Source of the DNA: Macrostomum lignano
Lineage: Eukaryota
Assembly: GCA_002269645.1 (NCBI GenBank)
Contig: NIVC01001410.1
Coordinates: 124,001 to 188,000, forward strand
Direction of reading: 5' to 3'
DNA length: 64,000 nt
Shown: in pieces, positions 15,201 through 26,423 of the stretch
How the letters are laid out: the number at the start of each line of letters is the position of its first letter
Position numbering within the stretch: the stretch's first letter is position 1
Notes under the pieces: generated by a model
Told to the model about the DNA's origin: nothing
What the model saw: the letters and a program-made list of their open reading frames with translations, nothing else
Databases searched by the model: none
Position numbers and translations under genes: made by a program

Positions 15201-16396
15201 ACATAAGAGTTAGTACGGCCCTTCTCGAGAAGAAGATGACTAGGCATCTAAATGTTGTCCAGGGTCAGGTATTAACCATACTAAAATATCTCACCAAGAG
15301 TGTTGTCAATAAGAACAAACGAGCACTAAAGTCGTATCACGTTAAGACTTTAATTTACTGGATGGTGAATGAGGTAGCAGAAGAGGAGTGGATGCCCAAT
15401 AATCTCATTTCTCTTGTTGAAAAGGCTCTAAACAAGCTAGCCGAAGATTTGGAAAAAGATTACGAGGGTGTTAAGCCGCATGACGTCATGCCTCATTTCT
15501 TTCTGCCTGACACCATGCTTCAACTGCATAGAGATGGACCCCACCGAGATGAAGTGGCAAAAACGGTGCGCAATGTTCTTGGTAATTTGAATCGACATCT
15601 AACTGAATACAAGCGGCTGTTGCGACCCTTGGGACCTGATAAGCTGATGAATTTTCATCCATTTATGTATATTCCTCGAAGCCCAGTAAGTTCAAGTGGC
15701 CTCTCATCAGACTCTATTGAATATTTTGCATTGTTTGATCATATGAAGCGTCTGCTACTCTGCTTGACTAATGACATACAATCGGATAAATGCAGCCTGC
15801 TCAAGGATATCGATGCTATTCCGGTCTTTGCCAAGACGGCGCGCGAATGCATGAAAGCGCTGGCACAGTTGAAATACGGTGAAGTCGATGCCGCTAAAGG
15901 CACCGTGGAAGCTTTTGTCAACAGCGGCCATCGGGTCTCTCGAGGAATTGAGGTTCGAGAAAACGCCAAAGCAGTTGACAAAGAAATCGAACATGTTTGG
16001 CGGCAGCTGAGAGAGACAGACTCGGGGTATAAGTTTTGCTTCTATATTCCTCCACCTGCGGATCCTAACCTTGACTTTGTGAGCCCGAGAATTAGCGAGT
16101 GGGTTCCGCTCAAGCTTCTAGACTTTGATAGCTACTACGGCATAAATTTCGACGTTCTGATTAAGAGTCTCTACCTGGAGTTCTTTCCTGACCACGAAGC
16201 GACGAAAATGAAGTGGTTTCGCGAACTCATCGATGGAGACCTCGACGTCAAAGGAATGCTGATGCTAATTGAGTTCTGCAGCGAGTCAGAGTTGCTGCTC
16301 GATATGATTCACAAACACAAGGCGTTGGTGGCTGCTTCGAAAATTCTACAAGATAAACTGGTTTTAAAAATTCAAGACATGGTATGTCTGCTTTAA
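12217..16396 (+). CDS. Ankyrin-repeat (~15) plus Mab-21/cGAS-like nucleotidyltransferase (cGLR candidate), ~1186 aa
   Basis: join(12217-13997, 14531-14898, 14985-16396) = 3561 nt, in frame. Donors GTACGT and GTGAGT, with matching acceptor phases 2 and 1. About 15 G-x-T/A-P/A-L-H ankyrin motifs. NTase GSFSEG...SDLD, third acidic residue in MDEAVAYNCCSYP, and Mab-21 motifs RVSTALLEKKM, QVLTILKYL, LKSYHVKTLIYW. Confidence 0.88.
14131..14500 (+). mobile_element. tRNA-derived SINE in intron 1 of the ANK-cGLR gene
   Basis: A-box AGCTCAGCGGTAG and B-box GGGTTCGATTT. The body shares blocks (CAGTCACATTAATTT, GTGCAATT, CCCCCAAGGC..GTGTACATGCCTA) with the copy at 27052-27416. Confidence 0.7.
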
Positions 16397-16960
16397 TTTG
16401 TATTGTCAAATTATTTAGCGTCTACTTCGAAGGCTAAATACTCTTATATGCAAACACGTCCCTTTCAGGAAGAACTGCAGAAGCAATCAAAGACTAGGAC
16501 TCTAAAAAAACTTATTCAAGAAGAGTTACTCGATCTGGACAGCTTCGGTTGGTGATATGTCACTGGCTTGCGCATTTTTAACGTCTAAGCCACCGCTTAT
16601 TGTGTGACGTACGTTCTGAGAGATACCTACTTGACAGCGTAGGTGTTATTCTCATGTATAGTACTCGTAGTTTCTAAAAGGATTTACACAACAGTTCCTT
16701 TTTAAGGAGGCTAGATTTTAGATGCGGTGCTTTGCATGGTAATATTCTTATTTCGATTAGAATGTGCGCTGCATGAAGGTAGTAGTTTGCTGTAGTTAAT
16801 CTTATTTGCTGTACATAGCTATGTATGGATGAAGACTCATACACCCACAAATTAAAAAGGTCATTGATGTACCAAATAAATAACCATTTGCAGGAGGGCT
16901 GCGGGCACCCTGGCGTAACGCCTTCTGTGACGTCTTCCCACAAACAGAGCTTAAGGCATG

Positions 16961-17194
16961 CAATGGATAAAGAATCAGCGGTCCCAGTGCGTGACAACGA
17001 TTGTCTGGCGCCCAGACAATTCAGGATTCACATTTTTAATGCAGAACAATCGATTACTACAAACAATGCATTATCTGTAGGATCGTCAAACAGAAAAACA
17101 ATGCAAAGATTCAGCGGTCGCAGCACGTGACAACGATTTGTCTATGACAAACAATCGTTGTCACGCACTGGGGCCGCTGATTATTTATCCATTG
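16961..17194. mobile_element. Hairpin/MITE-like element with ~44-bp inverted repeats
   Basis: 16961-17004 is the near-exact reverse complement of 17151-17194 (2 mismatches). An extra internal hairpin sits at about 17127-17165. No TSD identified. Confidence 0.6.
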
Positions 17195-18655
17195 TCTATT
17201 GCCCAAAAGGGGGTCTATGGAGCAACCAATTTGAGAATCTTGGCGCGCAATTAATCCTTTTCACAGCGCTCGAAAATACTTCACGAATAACTTCACTGAA
17301 ATAACGTCTGCAAATAAATGGCATATCAAAAAACGATTGAAATTGTTGAAACCCGGGTCGGTTTGGGTGCCCAGTCCCGAGTACAATATATATTATACGT
17401 AATATACAGGCGTAGTGACGCTCTGTCTGTACTTTTGTTGATACGAGCAGGCGTGACGACGCTTTGTGATGATAATTCGATCCCTCTGGTGTTGTGACAC
17501 TCAGAGTTCACGCTGCGGCTCGAGGTGTGGTGACACTCTCGAGTGCTTCTAGTCTCGATACTGTAGGTTGTACACACTATATAGAGCAGCCGGTACAGTA
17601 CTACAATACGCTATACGCTCTCCCGGCGTTATGACGCTCTGGCAAGAACTCCCTGCAGCCTAACAAGCTCCCCAGAAAAGAATGAACTCAAGCAGCAGGC
17701 GGCTTACCAGTGGCCAAATTGCCGTTCGTACGTTTATTGCTCGTAGGTCTCAAGCGCAGGTACGCACGTTTGTTGATTGGCTCGTAGGTCTCAAGCGCGG
17801 CTTCTAATTTCTTCGCTATTCTCAAACACTCTTTTCAAAGACTGACTTCTCAATTGGGCTCTCGGGTTTCTGTTATTGTAGGTAGCTAATGTCGCTGTTT
17901 CTTACTCAAGTCAAGTCTCGCGCTTGCTATCTCGGAGCACCCCAAAACACAAACAGCACGCAGGGCGTGGGAAAACCCAGGGTCGCACCATAAATAGCAC
18001 CCAAACCCTGGGGCAGACGGCCCCACCGGCTAAGCCCAACAAAACAAACAAACTACCCAAAAAATAGACTGGCCGCGCCGGCCGGCCAATCAAAACACCG
18101 CCTAGGGGGGGGGAGGGGCTGCACCCGCGACAAAGCTGGCCCGGCCGCAGCCAACCAGCCCTGAGCACGGGGCAGGGGCACGGCTGGGGAGTGGCACGCG
18201 CAAAGCCCGGCCGGCCAGACCCTGCCACGCCCGAACCCCCCCCCCCTAGCCAGCCCCAAAGTGCAACGCGCCCTGCCAACCGACAAGGGCGCATGCACTA
18301 CAAATTTTACACTTTGATTTCAGAGAAACCAATCAAAACAGGCAAAGGCAAAGCCCTGGCATACAGTATAAGCCGAGAACGATCGTGTCTCTCAAAACAG
18401 TGTTGGACAGATTGAAATCAAACCCGATCAGTGTTCAGAGAATTTCTTCCTCGTTTAAGCAGCGCGGGATGAAGCGAAGCATCTGCCGAAACCAGCCACC
18501 GCATTTGGCTACTGTGATCTCAGCGGTTGTCTCCTCCGCAATCCGGTGAAGAACGAGTACGCGCCACTCGAGCAGTGTTGTCTCTGGCGGTGGATTGTCT
18601 AGATCCATTTGCACCTGTGGCTGCGCAATTTGCCGCTTGATGGCCGCCTTCAAAC

Positions 18656-18701
18656 CAAGGACCACTGAAGTCACTTCGTTAAACTTCTTAAGTAGTCCTT
18701 G
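18656..18701. mobile_element. 46-bp P-like terminal remnant (excision footprint) with 8-bp TSD CTTCAAAC
   Basis: CAAGGACCACT...AGTAGTCCTTG (11-bp TIR, 1 mismatch), flanked by CTTCAAAC at 18648-18655 and 18702-18709. Confidence 0.75.
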
Positions 18702-19275
18702 CTTCAAACAGGAATGCGCACACTCAGTCGGGTTCAGAAATGGATAATATGGACATGGAGGCAGTACTACAACCTGCCAATTCAGCTCAAACTGCTGGGA
18801 GATCCTCAGCCCGTTATGGAAGCGAGTTCTATCAATGATGACTAAGCAGTTGTCGGCATTGTCTACATCATCTCGATTGTTGACAGCATGGAGCAGGTCC
18901 TCGACAAATGCTTGAAACACGTTTGCAGTCAGTGTGTGACCGACAATCTTGTGGTGTACCAAGCCGAGATTTGGTGCCACTGCCTGCAGGACATTGACCT
19001 GAACCCCACGCAAAACACGTCGGACTCGCTGGCCACGTCTGCTGCGTCCTTGGAACCGGCGAGTCCAAATGTTGAAACCGGTCTCATCAACATAGATGAG
19101 GTGACGTTCAGGTGGAACACCAGTGAGCCAGAGAGCAAATTCTCGTCGGCATGCCCGATTTTCAGGACTATTCCTGACCACTGGCACATCGGCGTCTCGA
19201 CCAAGGCACTTCAATGTAATCAGCTGTTTGTCCAAGGTCCGGCGTACAGTTTTAGTACTCACTTCGAGGCCTGGA

Positions 19276-19456
19276 TAGGTGTCGGGGTCCGGGTAGGGTG
19301 TTCGGGTCGGGTTAGGGGTTCGGGTAAGGTGTTCGGGTCGGGTTCGGGGTTCGGGTAGGGTGTTCGGGTCGGGTTCGGGTTCGGGTAGGGTGTTCAGGTC
19401 GGGTTCGGGGTTCGGGGTTAGAGCTTCGGGTTCGGGTTCTACCCCGAACCCGAAAA
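19276..19456. repeat. (GGGTTC)-like G-rich repeat inside the Tc1-like transposase 5' region
   Basis: Read directly from the sequence. Confidence 0.9.
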
Positions 19457-20787
19457 ACGGAAGCCCGAACACCCCTATGCTCATCCACTGCATCTTGGGC
19501 TGTAGCAAAACTTTCGTCACTGCTCTGCTCGCTAAATTCTTCGTCTGCCATATCTATGTTTGTCTAATGAAATCTGTTATTTTCTATGGTCTACGGCTTG
19601 CACAACTGTGGAAAGGATTAATAGCGCGCCCAGATTCTCGGGTTGGTTGTTCCATAGACCCCCCCTTTCGGGCCATAGACAATGAAAAGCAAATCTTCAA
19701 TTGCTTGATTTTCCCACTAAGGATTAAATTGCTTGCCCCTATGCTCAATTAGCTTGAAAAAATGCTATAATATCAAGCGCTACAACCATTGGACCATTTT
19801 TAACTGAATTAATCCTTTTATCCCGTCAGTTTTGGGGGGGCACATGACAAGATTTGTGGCGCCTGTTTTTATTCGTTTCTAACATCCTGAATTCAGCTGG
19901 CTTTCGTGGCCGGATCGCGCAATCACATGTAAATTACATATGTAGCTAAAGCTGTGCATGAAATATAAATTCAGCTTCTGTATTATCAAAATAATCAATT
20001 TTTCTAGCGTGACACCATGGCTTTAAATTATCAGCATTACGGTTCGTATTGTGCCAACTATACAAGTGGCCTAAAATCATGTTTTTGTCTGTTTACGAAT
20101 TTTATTTTGCCTTGCAGCTATAGTAAGCGCGTACTATATTACTTTTTAGGAAATCTTACTCTTTACAAAGTTATTTTTTAATAACATTTTTTTCTGAATC
20201 TGATTAAGGGAACTAATAAAAAATTAATCTCTTTGTTGTTCAGCACACGTGTCTCCAACTTGTTTTATTTACTCAATATTGATCGATGTTAAGAAATTGC
20301 TGTCAAATTTACATGTATTCAATTTAATAGAGATGGCCTATAATTGAAGTGGCTCATGCACTGTCGTCAGAACGTGGACTCTTCTCCAAAGACTTAGAGC
20401 AGCGTTAATGCTGAAGCACTTTATTGTTTTCTATATTGCCTTAAGGCTCAAACATGCTTTTAGGAAACAAACAAGAGAGCGGTGCTCTAAAATATACGAA
20501 TGCCTGTAGAGAGATAGGACATAGACAAAAAGCGAAACTTGAAGGGAACGAGAGAGTCAGTAAGAGAATTAATAGTAGTACATCAATGCGCGCGTTGATA
20601 GGAGGCATTCTCTCAATGCACAACATGCCCCTTCTTCAGAAGCTGCTTACAACCATGACCTATATGTATGGGTTATATCAATAAAGCATAAAATTTCATG
20701 AGTAACTTTTAGAGTGGGAAAACATATCTTATTCAGTTCATTGTTAACAGGCAAGGTAGTTGTTGTTCACTGCAACTCATGAGAATG

Positions 20788-21910
20788 CTATGGGGTGAAT
20801 CTCTCGGGAGGTCGACGGTCTCGCAAACTTCGTCTCAGTTGGGCCTGCTGTTGGTCATCGGGCGGCACGTCTGCATTGGATGTGGGAACAGCATCTTCAT
20901 CATCGTCATCGGCGTCTGAAGGCTGGTTTTGAGGCGCCAGCTGATTAGTGCTAGCTAACTGCAACCGACTGTCAGCGAGAACCCACGCCGTGTTCCTGCC
21001 TGCAGTCATCACAAAGGTCGCGGGGGTGCCTGACGACGATTCATGTGGTTTGTAGTGGACCGTCTCCCCCTGAACGAAAGGTGAAACTACGGGCACGCGC
21101 AGTCGTCTGCCAAAGACCAATTCCGCCGGGCATTTACCTCGGGACATGGACGAATTGCGATGGTGGAAAAGTATCTTCTGAAGGAAGCGGAGAAACTCCA
21201 TGTGGGTGACGCGCTCGGTCCACGCTCTCAACGCCGTCTTGACAGTACGAACTGCCCGCTCCGCCGATCCATTTGCCTGAGGGTAGTACGGAGGTGACTC
21301 CAATTTCCGAACGCCGTTGGCGCGTAGGAATGAGGATAGGGGATCACCAGTAAACTCAGGTGCGTTGTCCGACACAAGTAGTTCGGGTACACCAAATCGA
21401 GAAAATACGGTAATTAGGGACCGAACAACGCTATCTCCTGATCTGTCACGCGACGGAAAAGCTTCTATCCATCCTGAAAACGTATCGACGACAATTAGGA
21501 TATTTCCAATGTCCTTTACATACGCCCAATCGATGTGGATCCGCTGGAAAGGAAAAGTAGATGCTGGCCAAGTGTCTCTTTCTTTGAGCAGTCGCGGTCG
21601 TAGCTGATTGCATCTAGCACATCGACGCACAAATTGTTCAACATCAAGCCGCATCCCAGGCCACCAACACGATGAGGCTAGAAGATTGTAAGAGGCTTGC
21701 GCGCCCAAGTGCGTGTCGTGAATAGTGTTAAAGGCTTCGAGACGTAGGCGAGGCGGAATAAAGATGCGTCTCTGCTTGAATAGCAGGCCAGTTTCCATAG
21801 TGAGGCGATCCGCGACTTTTTTGAATGGGGATTCCGCCTGAGAGCACTTCGACCAGTCTCCAGAGCGCACGCACTGAATTATCTTCTGAACAAGAGGGTC
21901 AGAATCCATC
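20788..21910 (-). mobile_element. Ty3/Gypsy pol fragment (integrase), continuing at 25377-25487 across the P insertion
   Basis: HDTHLG..WWPGM..C..C zinc motif, QRIHIDW, VVDTFSGW, LVSDNAPEF, NGSAERAV. Removing 21911-25376 restores the frame ...RILAEMDSDPLVQKII. No LTRs seen. Confidence 0.9.
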
Positions 21911-24900
21911 CAGGGACAACTAAAACCCTCGGGACGCGAAACGAGCCAATTCATGGCAAAAAATCTGAGGGGCTCGCTTAAAAGTATTGTTCTATTGCTT
22001 TTTCAAGTCTTCTCTGCTATCAGGCAAATTAAAATTGCTTTAGCTGCGGCCAGCAGTGAAGCTAAGCTGAACTATATCAAGAGAAGCATTTTTTATTCAC
22101 TTGATGAAATGCCAAGAAAGTGCAGCGTATTTCCGTGCTCGTCAAATTACAACTCTGAAGCCGTTCGAACACGGACATTTGCGTTTCCCAGAGATCCACA
22201 GGAGCGAGAGCGATGGAGAAAGGCGCTGCCAAATATTCTCCAGGTAAGAAACCAGATCATTTGCTGTCATTACTGCTGCATAATTCCGCTTCAATTCTGC
22301 ATGCCAGTCTCGTCCAAACAACTTGAAACCCAAAATTTATTATTTTAGAGAGTGACTGACAATATGGGCGTGTGCGTAAAGCATTGGCCAAGCGATGCTC
22401 CAATGTTCAAGAAAAACTCTACCAAAAGGCCAATTAATCCTCCTTCTGTTTTTAATGGAGTTCCTAGCTCGTGTTTTGTTCAGAACCAAGGTACGTAACT
22501 TAAAGATTGCTCAACACTTAGCGTCTATATCGATTTTGCCGCTCACAATTATCTTACTTTTATTTTTACTCTTATTTTAGACCAAGACCGACAGGCCGAA
22601 AAGCGCGGTGTTCTTTCTGACGCGAGGTGCAGCGACATCGATGAGATGGACGCTTTTCAGCTGCTTGATTTTTTGCCGGCATGGGAAAGTTTTCGAGCTG
22701 AGGTGAAAAATTCGGATGTCGTATCTCGACATGCACTGAACACAGCTATTCTGAACGAAGACGTTTACTTGTTTACGTTAGATAAAGATGGAGACCTGTC
22801 TGTTCGAATTTTTGTCTCACCCAACTTTCTGATTCGTGCATTCAAACTGCATACACCGATTTCGGTTCGAGACTTGTTGGGATTTCAACCGACACTCAAG
22901 CGCTGGTCGCAACTGGATGCTGTTGTCGTGCGGTGCAAAAATTCCGACGCCAATCCCCAACGTGAAGTCGAAGCGTTTGTTAGTAGAATCAGTGATGATA
23001 TAGATTCTGACTCTGATTTGGATCGGTCGCTTCAGTTTTTGATTCGACAACTTAGCCTTACATTAGTAAATCGGAACAATCGCCGCTATGACATTTCACT
23101 AGTGCGACAGTCAGCATTGCTCTACTTGATCAGTAGTTCGGCTTACTCTTACCTACGGAAGCTATTGCCATTGCCTCATCCTCGAACGCTGCAGCTGCAA
23201 CTAGCAGGTACAGGAGAAGTTGGCACAGAAACCGACGCAGCCGATGTGATCCAGTCAGTTTTTGCTAGTCTATCAGGAGCTCAGCGAAACTGCGTAATAT
23301 GTTTGACGAAATGTACATACAACCGTCCGTTCGATATCGATGCCGTCACCTGGGTCGAGCCGTCGACGATCCGGACCAGGTTGCTAGGACAATTTTGGCC
23401 ATAATGGTAAAGCCATTACTTGGTGGAAAACCGTTTGTAGTCCGACTATTGCCGACATACATTTTGTCTGCGGAGTTTCTGCGAAAATGCGTCAGCCAAT
23501 GTATTAAAGCAATTAACAACAACGGTGGCCGTGTCGTTGCTCTCGTCAGCGACAATCACCCGACCAACCGCAAGTGTTTTGCTTTATTTAGCGATGGAAG
23601 AGAGAAGCCATGGATTGGAACGGATGCTGCACAGGAGTCGGAATTCTTCATGCTGTTCGATTTCGTTCACATTATCAAATGCATTCGCAACAATTGGCAA
23701 ATGGAAGCGAATGGAATTCTAAGCATTCAACCTCCTGGCGCTGACAGACAGATATCCGCTAAATGGTCAGACGTGGTACGCCTGTACCAAATGGAGAAAG
23801 ACCACGTAGTCAAGCGCACATGTCTAACTCATGAGGCCTGTTATCCCACAAGCACTCAGAAAACTAAAGTCAGTCTCGCTCTCCAAGTTCTCGATGAAAG
23901 GGTTGCCGCTGCATTGAAGTGTGATGGATACTCAGACACTGCGGAATTTATCAAAACCATAGTGAGATTCTGGAAAATTGTCAATTGTAAAAATCCTGAT
24001 CTACACGCACGACTACGGGATCCGGACAGGCGACCAGTCTATTCCGTTCAAGATGAAAGCATACAATTTCTTAGCGCGCTCGCGGATTCGTTTGATTCGA
24101 CACATTGTGGAAAAGGCCGAGCTCGCCATCATTCATTGACGCCCGAGACCAAGTCAGCGCTAGTAAACTCACTGCGCGGAGCCTGTGAGATGTGTAAGGT
24201 TCTTTTGTCCGACCCACGAATCAGCTACGTTCTGCTGGCTGGCTGGCGTATATCGCCAAATGAGCGGCGGCAACTACTATGTATCTGTGGAGCAAGTGCT
24301 GCTCAGTGCTCGACTCCGACGAATGAAATTATTGGCATCCCTTGAATTAGCAGACTACAAGCACGATCGGAGCAAATGTTGCAATGAACAGCTGAATGAA
24401 ATTGAACTGGCGACCATTGATAATTGTGCTGCTAAATCAGAGGAGCTTTCCATTTCGGAGATGGCTTCGCTCTACACTATATCGCAGGTAAGCTGGATAT
24501 TAATTAAAATTTAATTCACAACGAGGTTTTACACAATCTCATAAAAACAATTCAAACCGTGCTTAATTGGAAATTGACAGGTTATACAGCGACTAAAGAA
24601 GGCAGGCATCAAAGGAACAGATTTGATATCAGAGACGAGCATTCCAGCCAGCGAATTCACTGAAGAGTTATCTCGCGGAAAGCTTTGTCATCCTCCACAA
24701 TGGCTGTTAGACTTATCCTGTCTCTGCTACAGCAGTTTTATTCTGCACTCTCCTACGTGCGCAACTCGCGTGCAGAAGCTGTTTTATGTTATTAAGGACT
24801 TTTACTTTCCAACTAAGACACAGTTCAGCATGGACAGTGTCCCGTCGGCTAGCCAACGTTTTTTTCAAAGGACTAGTAAGACGCTCGTCAAAACTCCCAC

Positions 24901-25368
24901 CAATACCGACGACATCCCATGATAGAAAGCTTCGGAAGTTAGATGCTCAGTAGGTGAAGTTCCAGCGTTTCCTTTATGTACGAGCTACTGACTGTTTGTG
25001 TCGTCTTGTTCTTGGAGTTCCGTATTTGCTTCTATTTTCTTGCCGTTGGAGTTTCATCTTCGCTTTCATCCTTTATCTTCTTGCCGTTGGAGTTATATCT
25101 TTGCTTTCATCTTTTATCTTCTTGCCGTTGGAGTTTTTTGTTGATATGGCGGTTACTTTATTGTAAATTACATTGTAATTATATCACTGGTTCCTATTCT
25201 TTAAATTAAATACTCGACATTGCCTCGCTTTACTATTTAATCTAACCGTTAATGCCTGATAGCAGAGAAGACTTGAAAAAGCCATAGAACAATACTTTTA
25301 AGCGAGCCCCTCAGATTTTTTGCCATGAATTGGCTCGTTTCGCGTCCCGAGGGTTTTAGTTGTCCCTG
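21911..25368 (+). mobile_element. P-superfamily (THAP9-like) DNA transposon, full-length but defective
   Basis: 116-bp TIRs (21911-22026 and 25253-25368, 1 mismatch) starting CAGGGACAACT. 8-bp TSD AATCCATC at 21903-21910 and 25369-25376. Confidence 0.95.
22109..24922 (+). pseudogene. Spliced THAP-domain P-type transposase pseudogene
   Basis: Exons 22109-22243, 22349-22490 and 22581 onward give a THAP C2CH domain (CSVFPC..FAFP..W..VCVKHW..PPSVF). Catalytic motifs FDEM, VSDNHPTN, FDFVHIIKCIRNN; C-terminal LSRGKLCHP. Frameshift near 23297; the expected QxDxLE segment is absent at a frameshift near 24240. Confidence 0.88.
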
Positions 25369-26051
25369 AATCCATCTCCGCCAGTATACGCTTAGAGTCA
25401 ATGGTTGAGGTTTCGAATACCACGCAGTTGATCGCATCAGAAATTTCCTTTGGATCGGGCGACGCTTTAGTGAAACGCAGATGGAAGTTTTATTTACTCA
25501 ATATTGATCGATGTTAAGAAATTGCTGTCAAATTTACATGTATTCAATTTAATAGAGATGGCCTATAATATTGGTCAAGTGGCGACTCGATCAGAGCGGG
25601 AGGACGCGCAAACGAGATTGATCGGGATCTATAGCTTGTATATAGATCCAGCCAAACAAGCGAATTAAAAGCACAAAAGCAGTGTTGGGCAAGTTACTCA
25701 AAAAAAGTAACTTGCGTTACTGTAACTTAAGTTACCACTTTTTAAAAAGTAACTTACGTTAGCCTAGTAACTTTGAACAAAAACCCGGTAACTTTTAAGT
25801 TACTTCCGTTACTTACTTCCGTTACCTATGTTATAAACAAAATTTTCTGCTTTTTTAACATTGCAAATGTGCTGGAACAGCACAAATGATCGCGAAAGCC
25901 AGAAGGAAAAATACAACAAAATTAATTTCAGTAACTGTATTAAATTTTAATCACTTTAGGCCCTTTCCGTAAAAAGAAGAGAAGCTGAAGGTCAGAAACG
26001 TTAAAGGCAAAACGCAATTTAATTTTTAATAACATTATAAGTTATAATACA

Positions 26052-26085
26052 CAAGGACAACTTAACGTAACTTCAGTTGTCCTTG
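26052..26085. mobile_element. 34-bp (17+17) P-like excision footprint with 8-bp TSD ATAATACA
   Basis: CAAGGACAACTTAACGT + AACTTCAGTTGTCCTTG, with a perfect 11-bp TIR. TSD at 26044-26051 and 26086-26093. Confidence 0.8.
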
Positions 26086-26249
26086 ATAATACATCGCTCG
26101 TAATAAGTACCTGGCTTTACTCCACTCTACAGTCTGCTTTACTAGTCTTTTTATTTTCAATTATTTGAAATTTTTTTCAATTTTTTCAATTATTTTTCAA
26201 TTCATTAATATTAAATTATTGTGCAGTGCAGTGCAGTGCCAGTGGACTT

Positions 26250-26423
26250 TAGTGGTGTAGCCAGGGAGGCCGCCTTAACAATCGTTGGGGCGGCAACTTC
26301 ACCCCACCTGCAAGACACCCCACCAGGGGGGGGTGGGGTTGGGCGTGGCGGGTGCATGAGGCATGGCCAGCCAGGCCAACCCCCCCCCCCCCAATTAAAA
26401 TTCCTGGCTACGTCGATCACTGA
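26250..26423. mobile_element. Small MITE nested in the hAT-like element
   Basis: AGTGGTGTAGCCAGG ... CCTGGCTACGTCGATCACT imperfect TIR. Flanks GTGGACTT/GTGGATTT (8 bp, 1 mismatch). Confidence 0.5.

Larger units (their letters stand above)
18435..19551 (-). mobile_element. IS630/Tc1-mariner (DDE_3) transposase relic
   Basis: Motifs IYVDETGFN, VIIDRTRFHN and LPPCPYYPFLNPTE. The N-terminal DNA-binding region is largely replaced by a (CCCGAA)-like repeat, and there is a 54-bp in-frame insertion after the catalytic E. Confidence 0.8.

Noticed and set aside
17344-17664. Solo LTR (TGTT...AACA, TATA-like motif on minus strand)
   Set aside because: The flanking 4-5 bp do not form a TSD and there is no second copy in the window; unresolved.
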